Below are positions 55,878 to 63,816 of a stretch of 64,000 nt of DNA, one piece after another. The first letter of the stretch is position 1. Every line of letters begins with the position of its first letter. The stretch lies in the IMG/VR virus record IMGVR_UViG_3300041411_000080, positions 248,001 to 312,000 of that record; one strand, written 5' to 3'. The notes under the pieces were generated by a model. It saw only the letters and a list, made by a program, of their open reading frames with translations, had not been told where the DNA came from and searched no databases. Made by a program: the position numbers and the translations under genes.

Positions 55878-58220
55878 ATGAATTCGCTAGACCTTTTGAT
55901 CCGTCGAATTAAAGACCGGATAACCGTTTCTAATGAAGATGCGGTTGATATAGTAAAGCAGTACTGGGATGACGCCGTAGATACAGTTAAGGGTTACTGG
56001 CAGGACGTTGACGAGGCGATCGTAGAAGAAACGGGCATTCCCCGAGCTTCTCTATCACAGCTCTTAGACGACAACCGGCAAGCTCATAGCTATGCTAACG
56101 TTGGCGGTAACTCAGGGGTAGCCAGTTACGATCTTGGAGATGATTGGTTTCTAGTGAACTTCACAACTGGTTCTCGATACCTCTACACCACCAAGTCTGC
56201 TACACGCGAACAGATTGAAGAAATGAAACGGTATGCTAATGATGGTAAAGGTCTGAACTCCTACATCATGCGTACTCTTAAAACCAATTATGCTGGACGA
56301 AACGTTAAAGGAGAGATCCTCATTAAACCGGGGATGGAACATTACTCTCGCCATGCATTTAAACGAATCGAACTATTAGAGGCATACCGAAGTACCATGA
56401 ACACACAAGTCGTAAGTACTGAAGGGTTGATTGCCGATATTAAGAAATTCTTCGGAGTATCGAACAAATCCGCTAGAAAACTCTTTATTGACAACACTTT
56501 CGGCTGGAGTGTAATAGAACACATTGAGCGCGATATCCTGAGACCAGAATGGTTGAAAGACCAAACCTACAACAAAGGTGAGGTTAGTGGTAAGAGCGTT
56601 CTGAAGTATATAGGTAAAAACGGTAAGGTTGATATCACTGGTGCAAATAAACAATTGGATGCTTTCCTTGCGGCGCGCATACGAGTTAAGAAAGCTACCG
56701 ATGACTGGCGCCGTAAAACTAAGCCAGTTGCCGATATACTGATGCAAAACGCTAGAAAGCTAACGCCTGAAGTCTATGCCAGTGCCAAAGCAGCCATGGA
56801 TAAAATCCCAGTCGAGAAATATGACGTGAACTATCCAACTACCCCAGTGGTGGGTAATGGTAAACGTCATGAGAATCCTAAGCGGGTAGATTTTGTTTAC
56901 ACACCAGTTGACCAGCCGATACCGGCACTCGATGAGGGTGAGGCTCTTAAATTAGCTGCGGATATCCAACGGTCGATTGACGAGTTTAAGAAAAACATGA
57001 CGGGTGCACCAGATGAATGGCCCGATATCATGCATGCCATGGTTTATACCATGCAACCCAAGAACTACGGTGGTGTTCCTTACGACGATTGGAATTCTCT
57101 TATTTGGGATATCCTTAGCCCAGACACTAACGAGACAACTCACTATAGCGGCATGATCGCAAACCGACTGTACTGGGATGCAATCGTGGGGTTAGTTCGA
57201 TATCTTGATGTATCAATCAAAGGGGACACTATTATTTCTGGTGAAAATTACACACCTTCGAATGTTAAAGAGGCTAATATGCATCGCACGCTGCTAAGAT
57301 ATAAAGACCAAATTAGTAAGGCCGGCCAAGACGGTCTTGATCCGGTGGCCAGACAGTTTATGTCGGTAGGTCTTGAGTCATTGGGTGGTGAACCATTGTC
57401 AACCCATGGTACCAATGCTCCAACCAATAGCTCTGAAGCGTTTAATGACCCAATGGTCCCCTCTATGGAAGACCTGCTTGGATCAATTAAGAAGTTCTTC
57501 ACTAAAGGTAAGGACACCGCTATCTACGATACCGTAGGTAAAGGCTTCCTTCAAGATCTCGTGCACGAAGTGAAGAAGTATACCGATCCTAACTGGGTTA
57601 AGACCCTAGGTGTAGTAGAACCTCAGAAAGTAAGCGTGGATGGTGCTAACCTTATTGCCGATTTTGACAAAGTCGTTCCAGAGTTTATTAAAGCCTGTCA
57701 AGCCAACCGCGTGGAACACCACAAAGTGACCGAGCAAGCATTCAGTAACATGGAAACCGTGATGGACATGGTCAAACGTAAACAGCTTGATAACTCAACT
57801 AACGTTGAGAAAGCCATTACGATCATGAAAGCTACTCGTCAACTGAAAGCTCCTAAGGTAGAAGTACCTAAGGTGACTATGCAGAAAGGTGAAGTCAAGA
57901 CCTTGAACGCTGAACAGATTGTTGATCACGCTAAGAAGGTACATGCCTTGTTCGATGTTCTGGGTGCCGATCTGACATTCGTTAAAAGGTGGAATGATAA
58001 CTTCATTAACACCCATGCTTGGATGGATTGGAAGTACGTAGGTAAGTCCAACTACAGCGAGCTGTATCAACAAGTAAAAGATCCTAAGTTTACTGAACTG
58101 TATCAGAAGGCAATGGAAAATGTTTACGACATGCATCGTGTAGGCGTGGAGTTCCATAAACTACAGCCTTACATCATGGCCGTATTCCAACTGATTGAGA
58201 AATCGGTTAAAGACAAGTGA
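55878..58220 (+). CDS. head (ejection-type) polyprotein with multiple prohead-protease sites and a KTSC-like N-terminal module
   Basis: SNE, STE, SGE, GLE and SME sites (S/A/G-x-E); NSGVASY...VNF..G..YLY...GLNSYI. Confidence 0.7.
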   Translation: MNSLDLLIRRIKDRITVSNEDAVDIVKQYWDDAVDTVKGYWQDVDEAIVEETGIPRASLSQLLDDNRQAHSYANVGGNSGVASYDLGDDWFLVNFTTGSRYLYTTKSATREQIEEMKRYANDGKGLNSYIMRTLKTNYAGRNVKGEILIKPGMEHYSRHAFKRIELLEAYRSTMNTQVVSTEGLIADIKKFFGVSNKSARKLFIDNTFGWSVIEHIERDILRPEWLKDQTYNKGEVSGKSVLKYIGKNGKVDITGANKQLDAFLAARIRVKKATDDWRRKTKPVADILMQNARKLTPEVYASAKAAMDKIPVEKYDVNYPTTPVVGNGKRHENPKRVDFVYTPVDQPIPALDEGEALKLAADIQRSIDEFKKNMTGAPDEWPDIMHAMVYTMQPKNYGGVPYDDWNSLIWDILSPDTNETTHYSGMIANRLYWDAIVGLVRYLDVSIKGDTIISGENYTPSNVKEANMHRTLLRYKDQISKAGQDGLDPVARQFMSVGLESLGGEPLSTHGTNAPTNSSEAFNDPMVPSMEDLLGSIKKFFTKGKDTAIYDTVGKGFLQDLVHEVKKYTDPNWVKTLGVVEPQKVSVDGANLIADFDKVVPEFIKACQANRVEHHKVTEQAFSNMETVMDMVKRKQLDNSTNVEKAITIMKATRQLKAPKVEVPKVTMQKGEVKTLNAEQIVDHAKKVHALFDVLGADLTFVKRWNDNFINTHAWMDWKYVGKSNYSELYQQVKDPKFTELYQKAMENVYDMHRVGVEFHKLQPYIMAVFQLIEKSVKDK

Positions 58221-58227
58221 GGTTAGC

Positions 58228-59217
58228 ATGTCTATCACTACCCTAACGAAATACAAAGACCAAATTAGTAAGGCTGGTCAAGATGGTCTTGATCCAGTGG
58301 CATGTCAGTTCATGCAAGCTGGTTTGGAGTCAATGTGTAATGTGTTGACAACATCATTGGAACATCAGGATGACAGTACCGCTACGCAGCGACTAGAAGC
58401 GATCGTTGACAAACAACTGGTGTCTAATGAAGGCATCTTCGATAACATCAAGAAATTGTTTGGCGGTAAACCAAAGCCTAAGGACGATGGTCCTGTTCCA
58501 GAAGCAGCTATCGAAATTAGTTCTGTCGATAAAGCTGAAGCATTTGTTAAGTCTACAGATACTGAAATCCCAGCCAAGACGGTAAGTAAAGGTTATAGTG
58601 CCTTGTTCCTTAAAGGCGGTAACTATAATCCTAATTGGCTTAAAGACCTAACCAAGGATTTGACTGAGTATGAGAAACTCATCCGCGCAACCGTTAACTA
58701 TGAAAAGGTAATGAAGCGTTGGCACGACAAATATAAATCGCAGCTGGACAACTTCGTTGGTGACACTGAGCGTCAACCAGAATTCCTGGCCGTACTTAAA
58801 CAATACGTGAAAGATCAACCCAAGCCATGGATCGAACTTTATCCATCAAATCACGACTACCTGATCTTCGGTAAACAGTTGGACGATGGTGAGGACTTCG
58901 ATCGGGATGTTCCTGGGTCCGCTGGAACCACCGCCGTAGATATTCCAGAACAATCAGCTACCCAAGTAAGGCAGGTCGTTAACAAAGTTGTGACGGTTTA
59001 CAATGATCTTTACAACGTGATCTACGATATGGGTTACTATGGTGCAGACTTCACCGATGCTCCTTTCCGTGGCTATGCGTTCGATGAGGAAGTGGTCGAG
59101 GAACTTAATAAGCTTCGCATTCACGCACATGCTAACAATAACCCAGTTGATTGCGCCAGTTCGATCGATAGTCGCCTGAGTACTATTCTCTCGTGCTTAG
59201 GTAACTATGTGAGTTAA
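58228..59217 (+). CDS. head protein with propeptide and protease sites
   Basis: GAGG RBS; GLE, SLE, SNE-GIFDNIKKLFG. Confidence 0.75.
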   Translation: MSITTLTKYKDQISKAGQDGLDPVACQFMQAGLESMCNVLTTSLEHQDDSTATQRLEAIVDKQLVSNEGIFDNIKKLFGGKPKPKDDGPVPEAAIEISSVDKAEAFVKSTDTEIPAKTVSKGYSALFLKGGNYNPNWLKDLTKDLTEYEKLIRATVNYEKVMKRWHDKYKSQLDNFVGDTERQPEFLAVLKQYVKDQPKPWIELYPSNHDYLIFGKQLDDGEDFDRDVPGSAGTTAVDIPEQSATQVRQVVNKVVTVYNDLYNVIYDMGYYGADFTDAPFRGYAFDEEVVEELNKLRIHAHANNNPVDCASSIDSRLSTILSCLGNYVS

Positions 59218-59223
59218 CTTAAC

Positions 59224-59250
59224 GCCTCCCTTCGGGGAGGCTTTATGTCG
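59224..59250 (+). terminator. hairpin terminator with TTTATGTCG tail
   Basis: GCCTCCC-TTCG-GGGAGGC-TTTATGTCG. Confidence 0.85.
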
Positions 59251-59337
59251 TCAAGGATTACTGACCTGTGAAATCGTACGTAGCAATCCCGCTACATTAA
59301 CTGATACCAAATCCCATTGGGGAACAGGATACAGAAA

Positions 59338-60192
59338 ATGATGAAGCTAAAAGAAGCAGAACCCGTTGACGAAGTTGTACACTATAACCCACACCACCTG
59401 ATCGAAGGTGATGCTGCGGAATATGATCCGAACTCTAAAGCTCGGAACGCGGGTCAATATAAATACCAACTGCTTGATGCACTATACCACTACTTCGATC
59501 CAGAGCCACACGGCGATAATGACGATCCAAAACCAGATACTGAAGGTGAGAGACCAGACTCATTGGTAGGTCACTCGGAAGCTATCGCAAAACTATTGGG
59601 CGGTGGGTTCTACCTAGACGCAGGTGATGATCCGCTGAATGCGTGTGCCCTCAGAACAGAAGTAGGTTTTACTCAGTTTCGAGATAGTACCACATTTATT
59701 GGTGGTGAGATCACCCGTGGACACCTACCTCAAATCCGACGTTGGTGCTACGCTCATCTCGGTAATGCCATTTATCTCGATGCAACTGGTTATTCGGATG
59801 AATGGGAAGTAGGTAAAGAGCAATCAGCATTTGAACAATTGATGTCTCTAGCTGGTCGTACCAAGGAAGTCATTGACGATGGGATCTGCAAGAACTGGCC
59901 AACGAATTCCAAAGCTGTGATGAACTTCATCAATGCTAACCAGACTGATCCGATCTACAGTATCAACCGCATCTACGAAGAGAGTGAACAGGTCGAAACG
60001 AAATGGCTTATCGAAGGGCGGTTCTTGGCAGAAGAACTAATCAAGATCCCAGGGTTCCAACAGAACTTTAACAAGCTGGTTATCTTCGGCGCGATGCGTT
60101 ATATCCTCGCAGGTGAGATAAACCTGAACAAGCTCTACCGCTTGATGGCTAAGCTTGGCCGTATCAATACCAAACTTTACTTCGTAGGTTAA
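59338..60192 (+). CDS. hypothetical protein
   Basis: about 284-aa ORF, AGGA RBS. Confidence 0.8.
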   Translation: MMKLKEAEPVDEVVHYNPHHLIEGDAAEYDPNSKARNAGQYKYQLLDALYHYFDPEPHGDNDDPKPDTEGERPDSLVGHSEAIAKLLGGGFYLDAGDDPLNACALRTEVGFTQFRDSTTFIGGEITRGHLPQIRRWCYAHLGNAIYLDATGYSDEWEVGKEQSAFEQLMSLAGRTKEVIDDGICKNWPTNSKAVMNFINANQTDPIYSINRIYEESEQVETKWLIEGRFLAEELIKIPGFQQNFNKLVIFGAMRYILAGEINLNKLYRLMAKLGRINTKLYFVG

Positions 60193-60194
60193 TC

Positions 60195-60455
60195 ATGATC
60201 CCAGTATTGGACTTAAAGAAACTTCGCGCAGCTGTTGAGAACCAATCTCCAGAAGAGCGTCGACGTAATCGACAACAGTCGCAAGAACTACTCAAAGCTG
60301 CTATTCGCTCGATTGATGAGTGCAAGCGAATCTGTGAAGAGAAAGGCATCCCCTACGTACCTTGCGTAGCTGCTGATCCATACGGGTCAACTTACTTCAC
60401 TGGTGCAACTCGTCGACCAACTCAGGTTCGACTAGGCGATATCTGGAATAAGTGA
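60195..60455 (+). CDS. hypothetical protein
   Basis: 86 aa coupled ORF. Confidence 0.7.
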   Translation: MIPVLDLKKLRAAVENQSPEERRRNRQQSQELLKAAIRSIDECKRICEEKGIPYVPCVAADPYGSTYFTGATRRPTQVRLGDIWNK

Positions 60456-60460
60456 TAATA

Positions 60461-60490
60461 GCCCCTACCTTCGGGTAGGGGCTTATGTCG
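60461..60490 (+). terminator. hairpin terminator with TTATGTCG tail
   Basis: CCCCTACC-TTCG-GGTAGGGG-CTTATGTCG. Confidence 0.85.
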
Positions 60491-60522
60491 CAATGTTATA
60501 GACTTTCAAACTGGTGAGTGTT

Positions 60523-61164
60523 ATGATCGAACTATTAATAGTTGAGGAAAAGATAGTAACTGGTCCTATTCCAGGTACTCCCACGCTTTTAGCGGGTAAC
60601 GATCAACTAGGTTGGTATGGTGAAGTGCCAGTAACAGATTTTATAAATGGTCCAGATCTAGCTACACGCGTGGGTCTAACTTTGGGTACTAGTCAAAACC
60701 CAACCGGAGCATGGCTAAAGTTTGCCTATCAAGGTAAAATACTTTTTATTGCTAAGCAAACATATCGCCACTCTATATCGATGGATGCTTTCCTCAATGC
60801 ACAGATTGCAACTGGCAATAGAACTGTAACCATAGGTGGTCGAACCTACCGGATAAGATTGATGACCGGTACTGACGGTGCAGGTGAACTGGTAACCGGT
60901 GGGGAATGGAATGCACTGATGTATCGCGTAGCTGCCGGTACACAAATTCCCGCTGAAGATAAGTGGGCGAACTACACCACATCTGAAATGAGTTATGGTT
61001 CAGGCGGCAATGGCTATATTACCTGGTGTCGTGAAGTTAGAGCCTCAGCAGGCGCTATATACGCCACACGTGGTAACGGCAGTATAACAGCCATCCATGG
61101 CTATACCAAAGCCACCGCATCTTTTCAATATGGTTGGCGACCAGTACTTGAGTTAGTTCCATGA
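60523..61164 (+). CDS. virion/tail-fibre-like protein, GWRPVLE family
   Basis: GWYGEV, WLKFAY, GEWNAL, YGWRPVLELVP. Confidence 0.75.
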   Translation: MIELLIVEEKIVTGPIPGTPTLLAGNDQLGWYGEVPVTDFINGPDLATRVGLTLGTSQNPTGAWLKFAYQGKILFIAKQTYRHSISMDAFLNAQIATGNRTVTIGGRTYRIRLMTGTDGAGELVTGGEWNALMYRVAAGTQIPAEDKWANYTTSEMSYGSGGNGYITWCREVRASAGAIYATRGNGSITAIHGYTKATASFQYGWRPVLELVP

Positions 61165-61171
61165 GGTTACT

Positions 61172-61879
61172 ATGATTGAATTAATGTTAACGGTCCCTAA
61201 GCCAGTGGTCAACCCTTGGCCGGCAGGTATCCCTGGACCGCAGACCATAGCTACAGGTGATCAGAATATCGGTTTCTTTGGTGAAGTGTCGGGTACTGAT
61301 TTTATTACTTACCCTGATCTACAAACCGCAGTTGGCTTTACAACTGGCAACGCGATGAACCCGACTGGTGGATGGCTAAAACTAGCTTATAAAGGGAACG
61401 TCCAGTTCATCTCTAAACTTAGTGTTAGGAACAACGTTTCTTGGGCAGCTATGAATACGCTGGGTATTGTATCAGCCGCTCAGAATAAATTGATTACTAT
61501 TAAAGGTAAGGTTTACCGTCTACGCCTGATAAATGGTGTCAATGTCGACCCGTATCCAGTTAACGCCGATGATGCCACTGGTGGACCATACACAACTGGT
61601 ACTGAATGGAACCATCTTATCTATGGATTGCTATCAACCGCAGTTGGTGCACAGAACCTAGAGGGTCCGGCGTTGGCCACCTACGGTACTACTGATTTGG
61701 GACTGTCTCCATTTGGCAACGGTACGAGTATCCTTGTTAAGGAACTGGGTCCGGGTCCAGTGTCTATGGTTCGTGGTAACGCTAGTGGTGCTGTGCGTGG
61801 ACTTTATCGTTATGCAGCGCTAGCTAACGCGGATACGATCCGTGGATGGAAACCTGTGCTGGAATACGTCAGCGGTTAA
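61172..61879 (+). CDS. virion/tail-fibre-like protein, GWRPVLE family
   Basis: GFFGEV, WLKLAY, TEWNHL, GWKPVLEYV. Confidence 0.75.
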   Translation: MIELMLTVPKPVVNPWPAGIPGPQTIATGDQNIGFFGEVSGTDFITYPDLQTAVGFTTGNAMNPTGGWLKLAYKGNVQFISKLSVRNNVSWAAMNTLGIVSAAQNKLITIKGKVYRLRLINGVNVDPYPVNADDATGGPYTTGTEWNHLIYGLLSTAVGAQNLEGPALATYGTTDLGLSPFGNGTSILVKELGPGPVSMVRGNASGAVRGLYRYAALANADTIRGWKPVLEYVSG

Positions 61880-61882
61880 ATA

Positions 61883-61906
61883 ATACTTTTGTTGCAATAG
61901 TATGTA
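61883..61906 (+). promoter_or_regulatory. promoter-like element of tRNA/ncRNA cluster
   Basis: ATACTTTTGTTGCAATAGTATGTA, near copy of 53876-53898. Confidence 0.7.
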
Positions 61907-61978
61907 GGACTATGAATCCTCAACGATTTCAGGAAGTTAGTAGATTGCTTAAATGTGATTAAAAGCTTCCGCTTATTT

Positions 61979-62065
61979 GGAGAGGTTCCCGAGCGGCTCA
62001 AAGGGACCAGACTGTAAATCTGGCGTCTATCGACTTCCAAGGTTCAAATCCTTGTCTCTCCACCA
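61979..62065 (+). tRNA. tRNA-Tyr(GTA)
   Basis: cloverleaf, anticodon arm CCAGA-CTGTAAA-TCTGG, long variable arm, encoded CCA. Confidence 0.95.
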
Positions 62066-62083
62066 AATACAGAGGTGTTTGAT

Positions 62084-62248
62084 ATGAAGGTTAAAATTAA
62101 TCCCCGCCCATTAGTCAACCATGGTCCAGCTGATTGTCGCTGTTGCTCACGGTTGAACTGGAAGGATCTTAAACTTGATAAGCAAATTCTCAAAGAAGCT
62201 GTAAACGATGCTGACTACGCCCTCAGCAAACGTGAACAGCGTGCATAG
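62084..62248 (+). CDS. 54-aa protein inside tRNA cluster (MKVKINPRP...CRCC...), not in ORF track
   Basis: GAGGTG RBS, clean ORF. Confidence 0.6.
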   Translation: MKVKINPRPLVNHGPADCRCCSRLNWKDLKLDKQILKEAVNDADYALSKREQRA

Positions 62249-62253
62249 TTACA

Positions 62254-62321
62254 TGATTCTTGCAGCGGCTGCGCCTGAGTAAATGCTGTCTTAACTTAAC
62301 GTTACGGCGTTAGGAGAATCA
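62254..62321 (+). ncRNA. structured three-way-junction RNA candidate
   Basis: TGATTCT/AGAATCA closing stem, GCAGCG/TGCTGT stem, UACG-capped hairpin. Confidence 0.45.
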
Positions 62322-62332
62322 CCCAGTTACAT

Positions 62333-62408
62333 TCCATGATAGCTCAGTTGGTAGAGCCCACCGCTGTTAACGGTGTTGTCCCTGGTTCGAGTCCAGGTCA
62401 TGGAGCCA
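62333..62408 (+). tRNA. tRNA-Asn(GTT)
   Basis: cloverleaf, CACCG-CTGTTAA-CGGTG, GTTCGAGTCC, CCA. Confidence 0.95.
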
Positions 62409-62412
62409 ATTT

Positions 62413-62436
62413 AAAAGAGAACTTCGGTTCTCTTTT
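62413..62436 (+). terminator. hairpin (terminator or processing signal) between tRNAs
   Basis: AAAAGAGAAC-TTCG-GTTCTCTTTT. Confidence 0.6.
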
Positions 62437-62448
62437 ATTCAGTGTTAC

Positions 62449-62524
62449 ACATGCCTAGCTCAATTGGCAGAGCAGCTGCCTCCAAAGCAGTTGGTTCCAA
62501 GTTCGATTCTTGGGGTGTGTGCCA
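62449..62524 (+). tRNA. tRNA-Trp(CCA)
   Basis: 76-nt cloverleaf, GCTGC-CTCCAAA-GCAGT, TTCGATT T-loop, CCA. Confidence 0.9.
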
Positions 62525-62526
62525 AA

Positions 62527-62624
62527 TTGAATGTAATGTAGAACTCGGGTTCAACTCCTGAGATTTGGACGGCCCGCCTAACAGGGCTATTAGCTTAAGC
62601 TGGTTAAAGCGGCATTACATTCGA
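62527..62624 (+). ncRNA. circularly permuted tRNA-like RNA (Y RNA/YrlA-like topology)
   Basis: 13-bp terminal stem enclosing T arm, closed acceptor-like stem, then D arm. Confidence 0.65.
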
Positions 62625-62645
62625 CTTAATCCCTGTGCACGGGGA

Positions 62646-62753
62646 TACAATGTTCATGTGGATTACGATAGTGTGAGCGCCTCGTAAGCGTGAGAAGACC
62701 CTAGGCCTCAGGACAGAGGGAAAAGACCCGTAGCCACCGGAGAGAACATTGTA
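62646..62753 (+). ncRNA. structured RNA candidate with anticodon-like loop
   Basis: 10-bp terminal stem TACAATGTTC/GAACATTGTA, inner 9-bp stem, CTCGTAA-loop hairpin. Confidence 0.5.
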
Positions 62754-62816
62754 GTGCGTATACTTGGACGTCCCTCCATCGAACTGAAGCGTAGTTGGGA
62801 AACCAGTGTGATATTT

Positions 62817-62844
62817 GAGAGTCCTTCGGGACTCTCTTATGTCG
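62817..62844 (+). terminator. terminator of tRNA/ncRNA cluster
   Basis: GAGAGTCC-TTCG-GGACTCTC-TTATGTCG. Confidence 0.85.
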
Positions 62845-62896
62845 TCTCAAGGATTACCAGACGGTATAGATGTATAGTTAACTAATCGAGGTGAGT

Positions 62897-63067
62897 ATGA
62901 TTACAGATAACCTGTTCGATAAAATCCTAGCTCAGATCGCCCCAACTCGGGAAGAACGCCTAGCTCAGGCAGCTGACCGTAGTCGAGTAATCAACGAGCG
63001 TCTAGCTAAACAACACGAAGCACAGCGAGTAACTCCCGAGCTATTAGCCAAGCGGTGTACGCTATGA
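62897..63067 (+). CDS. 56-aa helical protein (MITDNLFDKIL...), not in ORF track
   Basis: GAGGTG RBS, ATGA overlap with next gene. Confidence 0.65.
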   Translation: MITDNLFDKILAQIAPTREERLAQAADRSRVINERLAKQHEAQRVTPELLAKRCTL

Positions 63068-63300
63068 ATCTATTCAGCTTACTGGGTGTGACCAAAGACG
63101 AAGTTGCAAAAATTACATCTAAGCGTTTGAACGCAATGCGGGAAATATTGACTAAGTCCAATAAAGGTTACGTTAGCCACTCACGTGTAGATCAAGAGAC
63201 CTGTCCACACTCCGAGTGGGCTCCCGAAACGAAAGAAAACAACTGGCGCAGCTTCTGCCTTAAATGTGGCGTTAAAGCTCAGGGTAGTTGCCAAGCGTAA
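63064..63300 (+). CDS. small protein with Zn-ribbon-like motif
   Basis: CPH...CLKCG. Confidence 0.65.
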   Translation: MNLFSLLGVTKDEVAKITSKRLNAMREILTKSNKGYVSHSRVDQETCPHSEWAPETKENNWRSFCLKCGVKAQGSCQA

Positions 63301-63317
63301 TCCAAGGAATATTCAAT

Positions 63318-63575
63318 ATGTGCCAACCATGCTGTGATAACACGTACCAGAAATACATTACCGAAACCGGTGATGTGACAGAGACTTTCCTCCAACAGAA
63401 CTACGGCGATAATGCTAAAGTGGTTGCAGTTGAAGATACTACCTCCGAATTAGGTAAATGGATCTATAGTCGTGAACAACGTTATCCGGTCTACCATCAC
63501 GTCGAGGTAGGTACAGCTAAAAGAAAGATCTGTATGTGCGATTGCCATAAAGTCGGATCTAATATAATGCATTGA
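63318..63575 (+). CDS. small Cys-rich protein
   Basis: AAGGA RBS; C..CC...C.C.CH. Confidence 0.65.
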   Translation: MCQPCCDNTYQKYITETGDVTETFLQQNYGDNAKVVAVEDTTSELGKWIYSREQRYPVYHHVEVGTAKRKICMCDCHKVGSNIMH

Positions 63576-63582
63576 GGCGAGT

Positions 63583-63816
63583 ATGCAAGATTATCATCGG
63601 ACAATGGACCGTATCATAGCACGTGAGTTTCCTAGGCTATCGTCTAAGAAGCGCGTTTATATTCGGCACCGTGTTTGTCGCTACATCAAGAATTTCAAGA
63701 ATGATAACTACCACGTAGTAATCGGTGCTAATCCAGTATCTGCTGGACACTACACCAACGACGATATCATCTACGTCGGTTCAACTAAAATCTACATCAG
63801 CATATTGGTGGACTAA
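63583..63816 (+). CDS. small basic hypothetical protein
   Basis: GAGG RBS. Confidence 0.65.
   Translation: MQDYHRTMDRIIAREFPRLSSKKRVYIRHRVCRYIKNFKNDNYHVVIGANPVSAGHYTNDDIIYVGSTKIYISILVD

Noticed and set aside
54552-61879. Diversity-generating retroelement targeting the lectin-like fibre genes
   Set aside because: No reverse transcriptase and no near-identical template repeat differing at adenines was seen in the window.
62449-62524. Suppressor tRNA or stop-codon recoding
   Set aside because: Anticodon is CCA (Trp), and genes read through normally with the standard code.
62527-62624. Two-piece tmRNA or spliceable permuted tRNA gene
   Set aside because: It has a full D stem (absent from tmRNA), no tag reading frame, no CCA, and no anticodon halves or bulge-helix-bulge at the termini.
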